IMG/VR virus record: IMGVR_UViG_3300031555_005217
Span: 71,047 to 135,046 of that record
Length of the DNA stretch: 64,000 nt
From: a virus
Lineage: Duplodnaviria; Heunggongvirae; Uroviricota; Caudoviricetes
Strand: one strand, 5' to 3'
Made by a program: the position numbers and the translations under genes. The notes under the pieces were generated by a model. The model worked only from the letters and a program-made list of their open reading frames with translations. It was not told where the DNA came from and ran no database searches. Shown here one piece after another: positions 21,840 through 30,110 of the stretch (the first letter of the stretch is position 1; the number at the start of each line of letters is the position of its first letter).

Positions 21840-22331
21840 TTATTTATTTAAAATATTTTTATAAAAATATTCACATAACATTTTGAAATCTTCTTTATTA
21901 TCTTTTATACACAATAAATATTTATCTTTTTTACTTGAATTATATAAAGTAGATATTTTATCAATTAATAATGTTGTTCCATCTAAAATTTTTTGATTTA
22001 ATATTTTATTTCTAAATAAAGTTATTTTAATATGTAAAATTAAATGTTCTATTAAATTACAATAAACTAAATTTTTACTTTTTTGATATTCAAAACTATT
22101 ATTTAAAGCTTGAGAAGACTCACTTAAGTTACAAATATAAGGATTTTCATTATATTCCATTATATGATGAATTTGTAGTCCTTCACTCGATCTTTTTATT
22201 TTATGATTAACTATTTTACAATTTTTATCTTGAAAGTAATCTCCTGAAACTAATCCATATTTAATCTTTAAATATTGACATTGTTTAAAATAATCCATAG
22301 ATAATTGCTTTAAAATTTCATTTGAATTCAA
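21840..22331 (-). CDS. hypothetical protein
   Basis: Intact ORF. Confidence 0.4.
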   Translation of the reverse strand: MNSNEILKQLSMDYFKQCQYLKIKYGLVSGDYFQDKNCKIVNHKIKRSSEGLQIHHIMEYNENPYICNLSESSQALNNSFEYQKSKNLVYCNLIEHLILHIKITLFRNKILNQKILDGTTLLIDKISTLYNSSKKDKYLLCIKDNKEDFKMLCEYFYKNILNK

Positions 22332-22363
22332 AATTACACCAACATTCTTTTTATAATATATTA

Positions 22364-22437
22364 TGGAGCATCCGACCGGATTCGAACCAGTGATCAGAGG
22401 GTTGCGGCCTCCTGCCTTACCGCTTGGCTACGGACGC
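22364..22437 (-). tRNA. tRNA-Cys(GCA)
   Basis: Cloverleaf folded by hand. Acceptor GCGTCCG/CGGATGC, T-loop TTCGAAT, anticodon loop CCGCAAC (C33 is unusual), CCA encoded. Confidence 0.6.
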
Positions 22438-22445
22438 AAATTATA

Positions 22446-22520
22446 TGGCAGTTCCTACAAGATTCGAACTCGTAATATCAGGTCCGTAGCCTGAGGGTTT
22501 ATCCATTAGCCTAAGGAACT
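22446..22520 (-). tRNA. tRNA-Arg(ACG)
   Basis: Anticodon arm TCAGG-CTACGGA-CCTGA, T-loop TTCGAAT. Confidence 0.7.
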
Positions 22521-22524
22521 GTTT

Positions 22525-22610
22525 GGTACCGAAGGTGGGACTCGAACCCACACGTCTATAAGACACCAGTTTCTAAGACTGGCGTGTCTACCTATTCCAC
22601 CACTTCGGCA
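22525..22610 (-). tRNA. tRNA-Leu(UAG), type II
   Basis: Anticodon arm CCAGT-CTTAGAA-ACTGG, long variable arm, A73. Confidence 0.65.
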
Positions 22611-22615
22611 TATTG

Positions 22616-22692
22616 TGGTGGAAATGGGTGGAATCGAACCACCGACCTCAGACTTATCAGGTCTGCGCTCTAACCAACTGAGCTACATTTCC
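22616..22692 (-). tRNA. tRNA-Ile(GAU)
   Basis: D-arm GCTCAGTTGGTTAGAGC, anticodon loop CTGATAA. Confidence 0.75.
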
Positions 22693-22697
22693 AGTTA

Positions 22698-22775
22698 TGG
22701 TCGGAGCAGTCCGATTCGAACGGACGATCTCGTGGTCCCAAACCACGCGGAGTAACCAAACTATCCTATGCTCCG
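22698..22775 (-). tRNA. tRNA-Pro(UGG)
   Basis: Anticodon arm CGTGG-TTTGGGA-CCACG. Confidence 0.7.
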
Positions 22776-22916
22776 AAATTATACTATAATATCTAATTCT
22801 TGAATTTTGGAATAAATTAATAAAATTAAGTCTTCAAAATCAAAATAATCATAATCAAATTTTACTTCAATATCACGTGTTGTAAATTTATCTAATAAAC
22901 ATTGGTTATCAGTATC

Positions 22917-23126
22917 CTATTCTTGTTCAGCGTAGGTACAATCAAGTGTTACATACGGTTCTGAATTAAAAAATTCTATTTTCATAGAGTTAATACAAAA
23001 TCAACTTCTTGGAGAAATTAATTCTTTAACCATTGCATCTACGGCATCAACAATATTATTAATTTCATTATTAATAAGCGTAAATGGATGATTTTGTAAT
23101 GCTAATTTAGATTTCTTTCTATACAT
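22917..23126 (-). CDS. small hypothetical protein inside the tRNA array, with in-frame TGA
   Basis: Hand translation MYRKKSKLALQNHPFTLINN...SPRS-[TGA]-FCINSMKIEFF..., stop TAG. Confidence 0.3.
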
Positions 23127-23149
23127 ATTAATTTATTCCTTTCAATTAA

Positions 23150-23236
23150 TGGCGGAGAGCTAGGGACTCGAACCCTAAAGGCTTTTACACCTGGCGGTTT
23201 TCAAGACCGCTCGACTACCAATTATCACAGCTCTCC
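23150..23236 (-). tRNA. tRNA-Ser(UGA), type II
   Basis: Anticodon arm GCGGT-CTTGAAA-ACCGC, long variable arm, G73. Confidence 0.7.
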
Positions 23237-23244
23237 AATTTAAA

Positions 23245-23265
23245 GTATACCTAATAATTAGGTAT
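23245..23265. repeat. perfect 21-nt palindrome tatacctaat-a-attaggtata
   Basis: Seen directly in the sequence, between tRNA-Ser and tRNA-Thr. Confidence 0.6.
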
Positions 23266-23332
23266 AGAAGTTGCCAACCTTCATTCCTCATCTGTCTAAT
23301 GACTATTTTGTCAAGAGCTTGGCGGACCTTCT

Positions 23333-23408
23333 TGGTGCCGGAAGAGAGATTCGAACTCCCAACCTTCTCATTACAAGTGAGTAGCTCTACCGTTGGAGCT
23401 ATTCCGGC
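23333..23408 (-). tRNA. tRNA-Thr(UGU)
   Basis: Anticodon arm ACTCA-CTTGTAA-TGAGA. Confidence 0.7.
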
Positions 23409-23414
23409 ATTCAT

Positions 23415-23490
23415 TGGGGTGAGGTAAGGGAATTGAACCCTTATTGCAAGAGCCACAATCTTACGTCCTAACCGTTGAACGAACCTCACC
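23415..23490 (-). tRNA. tRNA-His(GUG) with encoded G-1
   Basis: Anticodon loop TTGTGGC, an extra 5' G pairing with C73. Confidence 0.7.
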
Positions 23491-23495
23491 ATATT

Positions 23496-23571
23496 TGGTG
23501 GAGGATGACGGGTTCGAACCGCCGACCCCTTGCTTGTAAGGCAAGTGCTCTCCCAGCTGAGCTAATCCTCC
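23496..23571 (-). tRNA. tRNA-Val(UAC)
   Basis: Anticodon arm CTTGC-CTTACAA-GCAAG. Confidence 0.75.
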
Positions 23572-23828
23572 AAATAGAATAAAATTAAATATATCTTAAG
23601 AGTGTAACATCCTTTGATGTCATGAGAACTTATTACTACATACTGAAGTTATGCATCACTACAATATATAGTTGATATATATGTTCTTTAAGTCAACCTT
23701 ATACTATACTATCACTATTTAAATACCTCTATACAGAGGATCAAGTGATCACTCAATAAAGCCAACTTAACTACAGCGGATTCAGCTAGCTAGTCTGCCC
23801 TGTAGACTTTTACTTTTATTTTAATTTT

Positions 23829-24058
23829 AATCTAAGTCATCTATAACTTTTTTTAAATCATTAAATAAAGTATTTCAAACAATTTTTCTATTCTTATTCT
23901 TATCTGGTTTACTATGAGCAACAGGTCCCTTGTATCTTAGATAATCATAATCAAAATAACTTCCATAATTTTCACCTCATGTATTCTGAAGATAAAAATT
24001 ATTTTTCATAAAAGCTTTTAACTTTCTAAATACTTTTTCTTTTTCTGCTCTCGTCATA
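23829..24058 (-). CDS. small hypothetical protein inside the tRNA array, with in-frame TGA
   Basis: Hand translation MTRAEKEKVFRKLKAFMKNNFYLQNT-[TGA]-GENYGSYFDY... Confidence 0.3.
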
Positions 24059-24082
24059 ATGTAATTTCCTATTTATCTTTAT

Positions 24083-24160
24083 TGGCAGGGGTGGCAGGAT
24101 TCGAACCTACGAAATGTCTGAGTCAAAGTCAGATGTGTTAAGCCGCTTCACCACACCCCT
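24083..24160 (-). tRNA. tRNA-Gln(UUG)
   Basis: Anticodon arm TCTGA-CTTTGAC-TCAGA. Confidence 0.7.
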
Positions 24161-24170
24161 ATTTGCTAAA

Positions 24171-24255
24171 TGGTGGGTGAGGCTGGACTTGAACCAGCAA
24201 TGCCGTTGGCGCCTGATTTACAGTCAGGTGGGGTTACCAATTTTCCTACTCACCC
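24171..24255 (-). tRNA. tRNA-Tyr(GUA), type II
   Basis: Anticodon arm CCTGA-CTGTAAA-TCAGG, long variable arm, A73. Confidence 0.7.
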
Positions 24256-24284
24256 ATTTATGGAGCAGGTGATGTAACTACCTG

Positions 24285-24992
24285 CTATAATTTCTTATCA
24301 TATAACTTATCTAAGTTATTTGTGTTTCTATTTATAAAAACAGGATACTTAGAAGTTATATAATTGAATATTTCGATTAAATCATCATAATGATATAATC
24401 TATAATTGACATTAAGTTTATTCATTGCTGCTACTTTTTCATATACAGGTCCTAAATCTCGTCCCTTTAATTCCACGTAGGTATTAGTTTCAGGTAAATA
24501 GAAATCTGGGTAATATTTATAGGTCTTACCTTTATATTCATAATCAAAAGACTTCTTATTTCTCTCTATCAATATATTATTATCTAAACAATATATTAAA
24601 AAAGCTAGTTCATAAGTTGAATCACATCTGAATCCTTTATATATTCCTTTTTTACCATAAGGTGTGGTATGATTAGGCCCACCAAGATTATGTTCTTTAG
24701 CAGAAATACTGAGTAATTGTCTCTTGCAGTCATCTGAACACGATTTAGATCTTCTTCTAGAGTAGGGAAGTATTGAATTACAGACCAAACAAAATTTAGG
24801 ATTATCTAAATAGATAGCTATCTTATTTTGTAATTTTTCTGAATAGGTATTATTCACGGTCTTACTTCTTTTTAGATTAATCTCTACTGTTTGTTTCCTA
24901 GAGTTGGAACATTTTCGTGAACAGAATTTTCCTGAACCAAATTTGACAAATACTTCTTTGTTACATTTTAAACATTTATATAAATAATTCAT
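24285..24992 (-). CDS. zinc-ribbon + PD-(D/E)xK-like nuclease, copy 1 (homing-endonuclease-like, embedded in the tRNA array)
   Basis: CLKCNKEVFVKFGSGKFCSRKC, then ...YKYYPDFYLPETNTYVELKG (PD...ExK). Start set at MNYLYK with SD ggag. The track N-terminus overlaps a tRNA. Confidence 0.45.
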   Translation of the reverse strand: MNYLYKCLKCNKEVFVKFGSGKFCSRKCSNSRKQTVEINLKRSKTVNNTYSEKLQNKIAIYLDNPKFCLVCNSILPYSRRRSKSCSDDCKRQLLSISAKEHNLGGPNHTTPYGKKGIYKGFRCDSTYELAFLIYCLDNNILIERNKKSFDYEYKGKTYKYYPDFYLPETNTYVELKGRDLGPVYEKVAAMNKLNVNYRLYHYDDLIEIFNYITSKYPVFINRNTNNLDKLYDKKL

Positions 24993-25058
24993 TATATCAT
25001 CTCCATATAATTTAGCGTAAAAATCGAACTGTTTTAAACTACTTGATGATATAATATA

Positions 25059-25132
25059 TGGAGCAGCATACCGGTGCTGCCCCGGTGCCGTCTGCTTGGA
25101 AGGCAGAGGTTCTACTGTTAAACTAATGCTGC
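25059..25132 (-). tRNA. tRNA-Gly(UCC)-like with non-canonical GC-rich T-loop (GGCAGCA); possibly a pseudo- or atypical tRNA
   Basis: Hand fold: acceptor GCAGCAT/ATGCTGC, D-arm GTTT-AACAGTA-GAAC, anticodon arm TCTGC-CTTCCAA-GCAGA, T-arm ACCGG-GGCAGCA-CCGGT, CCA encoded. Confidence 0.4.
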
Positions 25133-25180
25133 ATATAATTAGATGTGGTTCTACCATTGTCCTACACCTGCATATTAATT

Positions 25181-25256
25181 TGGCACACCCTCCAAGACTC
25201 GAACTCGGATCGTAGGCTTAGAAGGCCTATGTTCTATCCAGTTGAACTAAGGATGT
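25181..25256 (-). tRNA. tRNA-Arg(UCU)
   Basis: Anticodon arm TAGGC-CTTCTAA-GCCTA. Confidence 0.7.
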
Positions 25257-25259
25257 ATA

Positions 25260-25335
25260 TGGTGGAACCTCTTGGATTCGAACCAAGATCCGTGGTTCTT
25301 CAGACCACTGCATAGACCAACTTTGCTAAAGCTCC
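25260..25335 (-). tRNA. tRNA-Phe(GAA)
   Basis: Anticodon arm GTGGT-CTGAAGA-ACCAC. Confidence 0.7.
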
Positions 25336-25340
25336 GTTTA

Positions 25341-25415
25341 TGGCGGGAAATAATGGACTTGAACCATTATCTATCGGTTAACAGCCGATTGTTCTGACCT
25401 TTGAACTAATAACCC
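25341..25415 (-). tRNA. tRNA-Asn(GUU) (two U-U mismatches in the acceptor stem)
   Basis: Anticodon arm ATCGG-CTGTTAA-CCGAT, D-arm GTTC-AAAGGTCA-GAAC. Confidence 0.6.
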
Positions 25416-25430
25416 ATATTTTAAAATTAA

Positions 25431-26100
25431 TATTACTTGCAAGAAATAGTAAATGGCCACTTCCTATAAGAATCAAGTAATGTTATATAAACAAGAATAT
25501 CGTGCTTATACCTAGAACACAGTTCCTTATTCTTTTTTAAAAAGACCGATTGTCTCCGCCTAACCACACCATACGGTGCCTTCAATGGCATAGCAAAATG
25601 CTATCCAAAATTTTACATCCTTGCTTAAATAGGTGAAAGAATCCCTCGCCACAAAGTAAGGCGAACAAACGGCTTTGTCTAATTAATAGTAAAAATAACC
25701 TATTGTTAAATCCAAATCAATTATCATCCGATGATGTCTAGTTTGACAATAAACTAGGGAGACTTTTGCAAGTATACTTGGAACCAAGCAGGGAGATGCC
25801 ATAGTGCTTAATTTGTCATTTTGTCAAGTTCAACCACATTTTACCGACTACCACGCAAGGCTCCGGAACTCGCATCCTTCCGCTACGGCTATTCCTATAA
25901 CTCGAATAGTTTTAGACTTTGTTATTATAACCTTTGTCTTTGTTCTCAATAGAGACTCACTAATAAGCTAAACTTATTATCCATAACCCCCGCTTTCGCA
26001 GTATTATGACCTTTGATCTTGTCGTCTTTAAGACGTGCGCTAATAAATATTCATTTATTATCCGTAGAATCCGTTCTCACACAACTACGTCTTTTTTTAT
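25431..26100 (-). ncRNA. large structured non-coding element, copy A (core about 25600-25940), homologous to copy B
   Basis: About 670 nt with no ORF in any frame and locally GC-enriched. The core 25619-25741 and 25833-25935 aligns with 28978-29100 and 29221-29300, with conserved stems (cgcc..ggcg) and variable inserted hairpins. Strand assumed from the flanking tRNAs. Confidence 0.5.
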
Positions 26101-26102
26101 TT

Positions 26103-26189
26103 TGGTGCCCGAAAAGAGATTTGAACTCTTATGCTATTAAGCGCAAGTGCCTAAAACTTGTGTGTCTACCGAAATTTCACCATTCGGGC
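26103..26189 (-). tRNA. tRNA-Leu(UAG) second copy, type II
   Basis: Anticodon arm CAAGT-TTTAGGC-ACTTG, long variable arm. Confidence 0.6.
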
Positions 26190-26194
26190 AATTA

Positions 26195-26281
26195 TGGTCG
26201 CTAGAAAGGGATTTGAACCCTTAATCCTGTAAAGGCGACGGATTTTAAGTCCGTTATGTATGCCAATTCCATCATCTAGCG
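26195..26281 (-). tRNA. tRNA-Leu(UAA), type II
   Basis: Anticodon arm ACGGA-CTTAAAA-TCCGT, long variable arm. Confidence 0.7.
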
Positions 26282-26290
26282 TTATTTAAT

Positions 26291-26367
26291 TGGTGGACTA
26301 GATAGGACTTGAACCTATGACCTACTGATTAACAGTCAGTCGCTCTAACCAACTGAGCTAATGCCCC
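26291..26367 (-). tRNA. tRNA-Asn(GUU)-like; acceptor stem pairs poorly (possible pseudo- or chimeric tRNA)
   Basis: Canonical D-arm GCTCAGTTGGTTAGAGC, anticodon arm ACTGA-CTGTTAA-TCAGT and T-arm, but 5' GGGGCAT faces 3' CTAGTCC. Confidence 0.35.
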
Positions 26368-26396
26368 ATAATGGTGTTATTTAAACACCTATATAA

Positions 26397-27284
26397 CTAT
26401 TCATATAACTGAATAAAATCTTTACCATATTTTTCAATAACATAATCTAAATATGGTTTAATTTCAGTGTAAGTTATTACTTTTATTGGATATTTGAATT
26501 GTTCTATCTTTGCTTTTCATTTATCAGAAGAATAACCCTTAATTTCTACATATTTACCATCTTCTATAAAATCTGGGAAATATTTTAAAGTCTCATCCTT
26601 AAAAGTATACTCAAATCCTTGTTTGTTTCTAATAAAAGGAATATTATGTTCAAGATTATATATTACATATGCTAATTCTCAAGAACTATCACAATAATAA
26701 CCTTTATATCAACCATGTTTACCTAAACCTGAACCTTTTCTATAACCTCCAGGAGTTTTTACTTTAATACTTTTTCCATAATCTGTATGATAAAGACAAT
26801 AAGAACATAATCCTGTTTTTGTATAGTTTCCAATTAATTTTCCACATTCTTTACAGAAAGATACTTTTTTGGATTTTTTGATTTCAATATTATAATCTGA
26901 CTCAATAACTGATTTACGTATCTTCTCTTTTACTTCTTCAGATCTTTCTCTTGAATTAGCACAAGATCTAGAACAGAATCTACCTGATCCAAATTTTTCA
27001 GTCATAACTTTTCCACATTTTTCACATGTGTGTTGTTCTGAGATTCATTCTTGAATCTTACTTTTATTAACTTCAATAAGTTCTAATTTTTTATTTTCTC
27101 TATTCTTATTACATTGGTCTATTAAGTTAGTTCTACGTTCATCTAATTTGATAGTATTTCCATATTTAGCTAACATATGAATTTTACAATGACCTTTATG
27201 TCCATTAAAACTTTGTGAATTATAGAATTTTTTACCACATTCACATAAATAAATATTCTCATAATTAAATGTATTCATAAACAT
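26397..27284 (-). CDS. zinc-ribbon + PD-(D/E)xK-like nuclease, copy 2; a single gene spanning three track ORFs via in-frame TGA codons
   Basis: Hand translation joins 27045..27284, 26709..27005 and the 26400-26708 segment in one frame: ...KIQE-[TGA]-ISEQHTCEKCGKVMTEKFGSGRFCSRSC...KHG-[TGA]-YKGYYCDSS-[TGA]-ELAYVIY...YFPDFIEDGKYVEIKG...; paralogous to 24285..24992. Confidence 0.5.
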
Positions 27285-27314
27285 TCTCCTTTTTATCTTA
27301 CATTTAATTTAGTA

Positions 27315-27352
27315 CAATATTTGGTTTCGGATTTAAGAATTGAACCTATTAA
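27315..27352 (-). other. tRNA 3'-half remnant (T-arm AATAGG-TTCAATT-CTTA plus acceptor 3' strand plus CCA) with no 5' partner
   Basis: Seen directly in the sequence, immediately downstream of the tRNA-Glu-like gene. Confidence 0.35.
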
Positions 27353-27427
27353 ATTAAAATGGTGACGGCTAAGGGTTCCGCCCCCTCCATCCTGGAGTGA
27401 AAGTCCGGTGTGTTCACTAGTTCACCA
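27353..27427 (-). tRNA. tRNA-Glu(UUC)-like with non-canonical GC-rich T-loop (GGCGGAA)
   Basis: Hand fold: acceptor GGCGGCT/AGCCGTC, D-arm GTG-AACTAGTGAA-CAC, anticodon arm CCGGA-CTTTCAC-TCCAG (one C-A mismatch), T-arm GAGGG-GGCGGAA-CCCTT, CCA encoded. Confidence 0.4.
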
Positions 27428-27451
27428 AGCCGCCAAAATAATAAAACTGTC

Positions 27452-27526
27452 TTTAAACTGGTGCTCTAACTTGGAATCGAACCAAGGACTAGACATTACC
27501 ATTGTCTTGTTTTACCTACTAAACTA
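27452..27526 (-). tRNA. tRNA-Thr(GGU)
   Basis: Anticodon arm AGACA-ATGGTAA-TGTCT, T-loop TTCGATT. Confidence 0.6.
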
Positions 27527-27718
27527 AGAGAGCATTCTAAGCTTTTAAGCTTGATTATTAATATTAGATAAAAATACTAACATCATTAAATTTGCAAGAG
27601 ATTTTAAAAATTTAAACATAATGAAAACTCACTCCTCTCTATAAAATAAATTAAAGAGTACGTTGTTTTAAGTTTTCATTTCTGTACATAAATTATGTGT
27701 CACCTCTTATAATATTTT

Positions 27719-27794
27719 TGGATGCGGAGGACGGACTCGAACCGTCGACCTTCGGGTTATGAGCCCGAAAAGCTACCACTGCTACACTCCGCAA
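27719..27794 (-). tRNA. tRNA-Met(CAU), initiator-like (three G-C pairs closing the anticodon stem, weak 1:72 pair)
   Basis: Anticodon arm TCGGG-CTCATAA-CCCGA, U1-A72. Confidence 0.6.
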
Positions 27795-27877
27795 TATATC
27801 CATTTTGAGTTTTTATGAGGTCAAAAGGTTTACTAATGTAAAACACCTCAATTTCATTTCTTAGTAAAAATTTTACC

Positions 27878-28090
27878 TTATGCTAATACTCTACTGATGA
27901 CGAATCTTGTAGTTTCATTAAACTTATATTCAATTACATGTTTTTCTCTAGCATATTCATCTTGTAGATATGCAAATGCATTAAGTTTGCTACACATATA
28001 GTTAAATGCTTGTTCTCTTGTTGCAAACTTCTTTCTTGTAGAATAAGGTACTGAGTTAATAACTCCTTGTAATTTATAATATTTTTTCAT
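27878..28090 (-). CDS. small basic hypothetical protein
   Basis: Track ORF trimmed to MKKYYKLQG, which has a strong SD ggaggcagataaag. Confidence 0.45.
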   Translation of the reverse strand: MKKYYKLQGVINSVPYSTRKKFATREQAFNYMCSKLNAFAYLQDEYAREKHVIEYKFNETTRFVISRVLA

Positions 28091-28165
28091 CTTTATCTGC
28101 CTCCATAATTTATAGTTTATAATGGTCATTTCGGACCAAGACAATAAAGATATTTAACATCACTA

Positions 28166-28241
28166 TGGTGGAACTAGTCGGGATCGAACCGACGGCCTTC
28201 TGCGTGCAAAACAGACGCTCTCCCAGCTGAGCTATAGCCCC
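28166..28241 (-). tRNA. tRNA-Ala(UGC) with G3-U70
   Basis: Anticodon arm TCTGT-TTTGCAC-GCAGA. The acceptor stem carries the G3-U70 wobble that is the Ala identity element. Confidence 0.7.
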
Positions 28242-28250
28242 ATTTATTTT

Positions 28251-28338
28251 TGGTACCTCGGGCCGGAGTCGAACCGGCACGCCTTTAAGGGGCATGGGAT
28301 TTTAAGTCCCACGTGTCTACCTATTCCACCACCGAGGC
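28251..28338 (-). tRNA. tRNA-Leu(UAA) second copy, type II
   Basis: Anticodon arm TGGGA-CTTAAAA-TCCCA, long variable arm. Confidence 0.65.
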
Positions 28339-28343
28339 ATTTA

Positions 28344-28418
28344 TGGTGTGTCCGCTGGGACTTGAACCCAGGACCTCCTGATTAAAAGTCAGGTGCTCTA
28401 CCACTGAGCTACGGACAC
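28344..28418 (-). tRNA. tRNA-Lys(UUU)
   Basis: Anticodon arm CCTGA-CTTTTAA-TCAGG. Confidence 0.75.
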
Positions 28419-28421
28419 ATA

Positions 28422-28498
28422 TGGCGGTCTGAACGGGACTTGAACCCGCGATCTCCAGTGTGACAGACTGATATGTTAACCAACTACACCACCAGACC
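28422..28498 (-). tRNA. tRNA-Asp(GUC)
   Basis: Anticodon arm TCAGT-CTGTCAC-ACTGG. Confidence 0.75.
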
Positions 28499-28499
28499 A

Positions 28500-29760
28500 T
28501 TTCAAGGAACATTATAGATCCAATCTAAAACGTTCCAGTAATCTCCTTCTACCATATGTAGATGAGTTAATTATAACTGAACTCGCTATTTACGAATTCG
28601 GGACTCTTTCTACGTTCGTAGATGAGTATAACAAAATTATTTTGTCTTTGCTAAATAAATATATACCTTGCTTGTGGTGAAGGTACCAACGCCTCGGTGA
28701 ACGGACGATTCTCATTTTATTTCAATGAATCAGTTGATCAGACCGATATAATCAAGACCGATACTATAACCAGAAAAGTCTTTCGGAATAACCCGTAACT
28801 TAATGCGCATTACCCTGCTTACTCTTTCCTAATGCTAGCTTTTAGTACTTAAATTCTTTTCAACAAGCCTTTGTATTTTCTTTAACTTTGTCTTTTTGCT
28901 TAATCTGCTTTCAGGGTAAGCGCCCGTCGTACTTTTTGGCCTTCAGGTATACGAAATTTACCTGTTTACTTCTACAGCTTGCTTAAATAGGTGAAGCACT
29001 CATACGCCACAGGAGTAAGGCGATCCAAACGGCTTTATTTAATTAATGGTAGATATAACCTATTGTTAAATCTAAATTAATTATCATCCGATGAGGTCTA
29101 GTTAAATTCATTTTAATTCACATATAAACACTCTTGTTTATACTTCCTAAGGCATTTTTGGCTAAAATATGCTAACCTCTTATAATTAAACCAATTTTAA
29201 TTATAAGTGAACCTAACATCACCCACATTTTACCGACTTTACGGCTATTCCTTTACCTCGAATAGTTTTAGGAATCCTGTCATTATAACCTTGTTTGGAA
29301 TAATACCAAAATCTCTACCGATTTCGATGTTATTGTTACAACTTTCGTTGCCGAGCTAATCTAATTTCAGCATATCAACCTAATATTCAAAATTAAGTGA
29401 CGACATTATTAGGTTATCGCTATTCAGTCTACGTAAGACCTTTCACCCTTTATCAATTTTTCTTTCGAGTAAAAATGATAAAACTCTTGTGACAATTTCT
29501 GCCCTCACTACATAAATATATTATGCATCCTATGTCACCGGTCTCCCACTACATAGCCTTTATAATTGCTAGTTATCTCAATTAAGAGACTCTTTATTTA
29601 AGATTTAGTCTTCGGTAGGTTCATCATTACTAGCACTGTGAATTCTACCACCAAGGTTTGAACAATTAGTTTGCTAATCGGTTCTCCACTTCTTAGTTGG
29701 AAATCCGCCTCGCCAGCAGCACCACCACGAGCAGGTTTGTTCTTGGTGCCATATAATATA
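28500..29760 (-). ncRNA. large structured non-coding element, copy B (about 1.25 kb; core 28978-29300 homologous to copy A)
   Basis: No ORF of 60 aa or more in any frame across 1.26 kb and locally GC-enriched. Blocks gcttgcttaaataggtgaa..cgccaca..agtaaggcga..aaacggcttt, ccgatga.gtctag and cattttaccgact..acggctattcct.ta.ctcgaatagtttta are shared with copy A. Confidence 0.5.
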
Positions 29761-29769
29761 CAATATTTT

Positions 29770-29801
29770 TAAATAAAAAAGGACGGCATCTTAAGCCATC
29801 C
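29770..29801 (-). terminator. rho-independent terminator (stem GGATGG/CCGTCC then T-run on minus strand)
   Basis: ggacggcatcttaagccatcc preceded on the plus strand by aaaaaa. Confidence 0.55.
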
Positions 29802-29829
29802 TTAAATTTATTTTTAAGTTTGGTTAAGA

Positions 29830-29942
29830 TTTAAGTAAATATAAAATTTCAAAATAATATTCTTGTTCAGGACAATCATACGCAGAGATGGTAGATGTAT
29901 AGTTAAATTTATTAATTTGTTTATTAAGATTAACAACTAATA
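29830..29942 (-). CDS. small hypothetical protein
   Basis: ATG at 29942 with SD ggagaatg. About 37 codons, which is below the track threshold. Confidence 0.25.
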
Positions 29943-30110
29943 ACTTTTTCATAATCAATACATTCTCCTTACTTTAAAATTTTATTCAATATAATTTAGC
30001 GTTTCGAAATCAAACAATTTATTAAAAAACGTCGTCTTAATTCCATACAGGTCTATTAAGATCTTTTGTTTATTTGTCCCATTCATTAAGGTTAACGTCG
30101 TTTTATTTAA

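Noticed and set aside
23175-28512. Minus-strand track ORFs 23175..23492, 28110..28295, 28321..28512 and the N-terminal 55 codons of 24285..25157
   Set aside because: They are translations across tRNA genes (GC-rich tRNA sequence is stop-poor), not proteins.
25431-29760. Group I or group II self-splicing introns, RNase P RNA, tmRNA or rRNA fragments as the identity of the large non-coding elements
   Set aside because: I could not find a group II domain V motif, group I P7/G-site-like cores, RNase P P4 (GGAAAGUCC), or tmRNA tag or tRNA-like ends by eye. There is no intron ORF and no split flanking gene. A covariance-model search is still needed.
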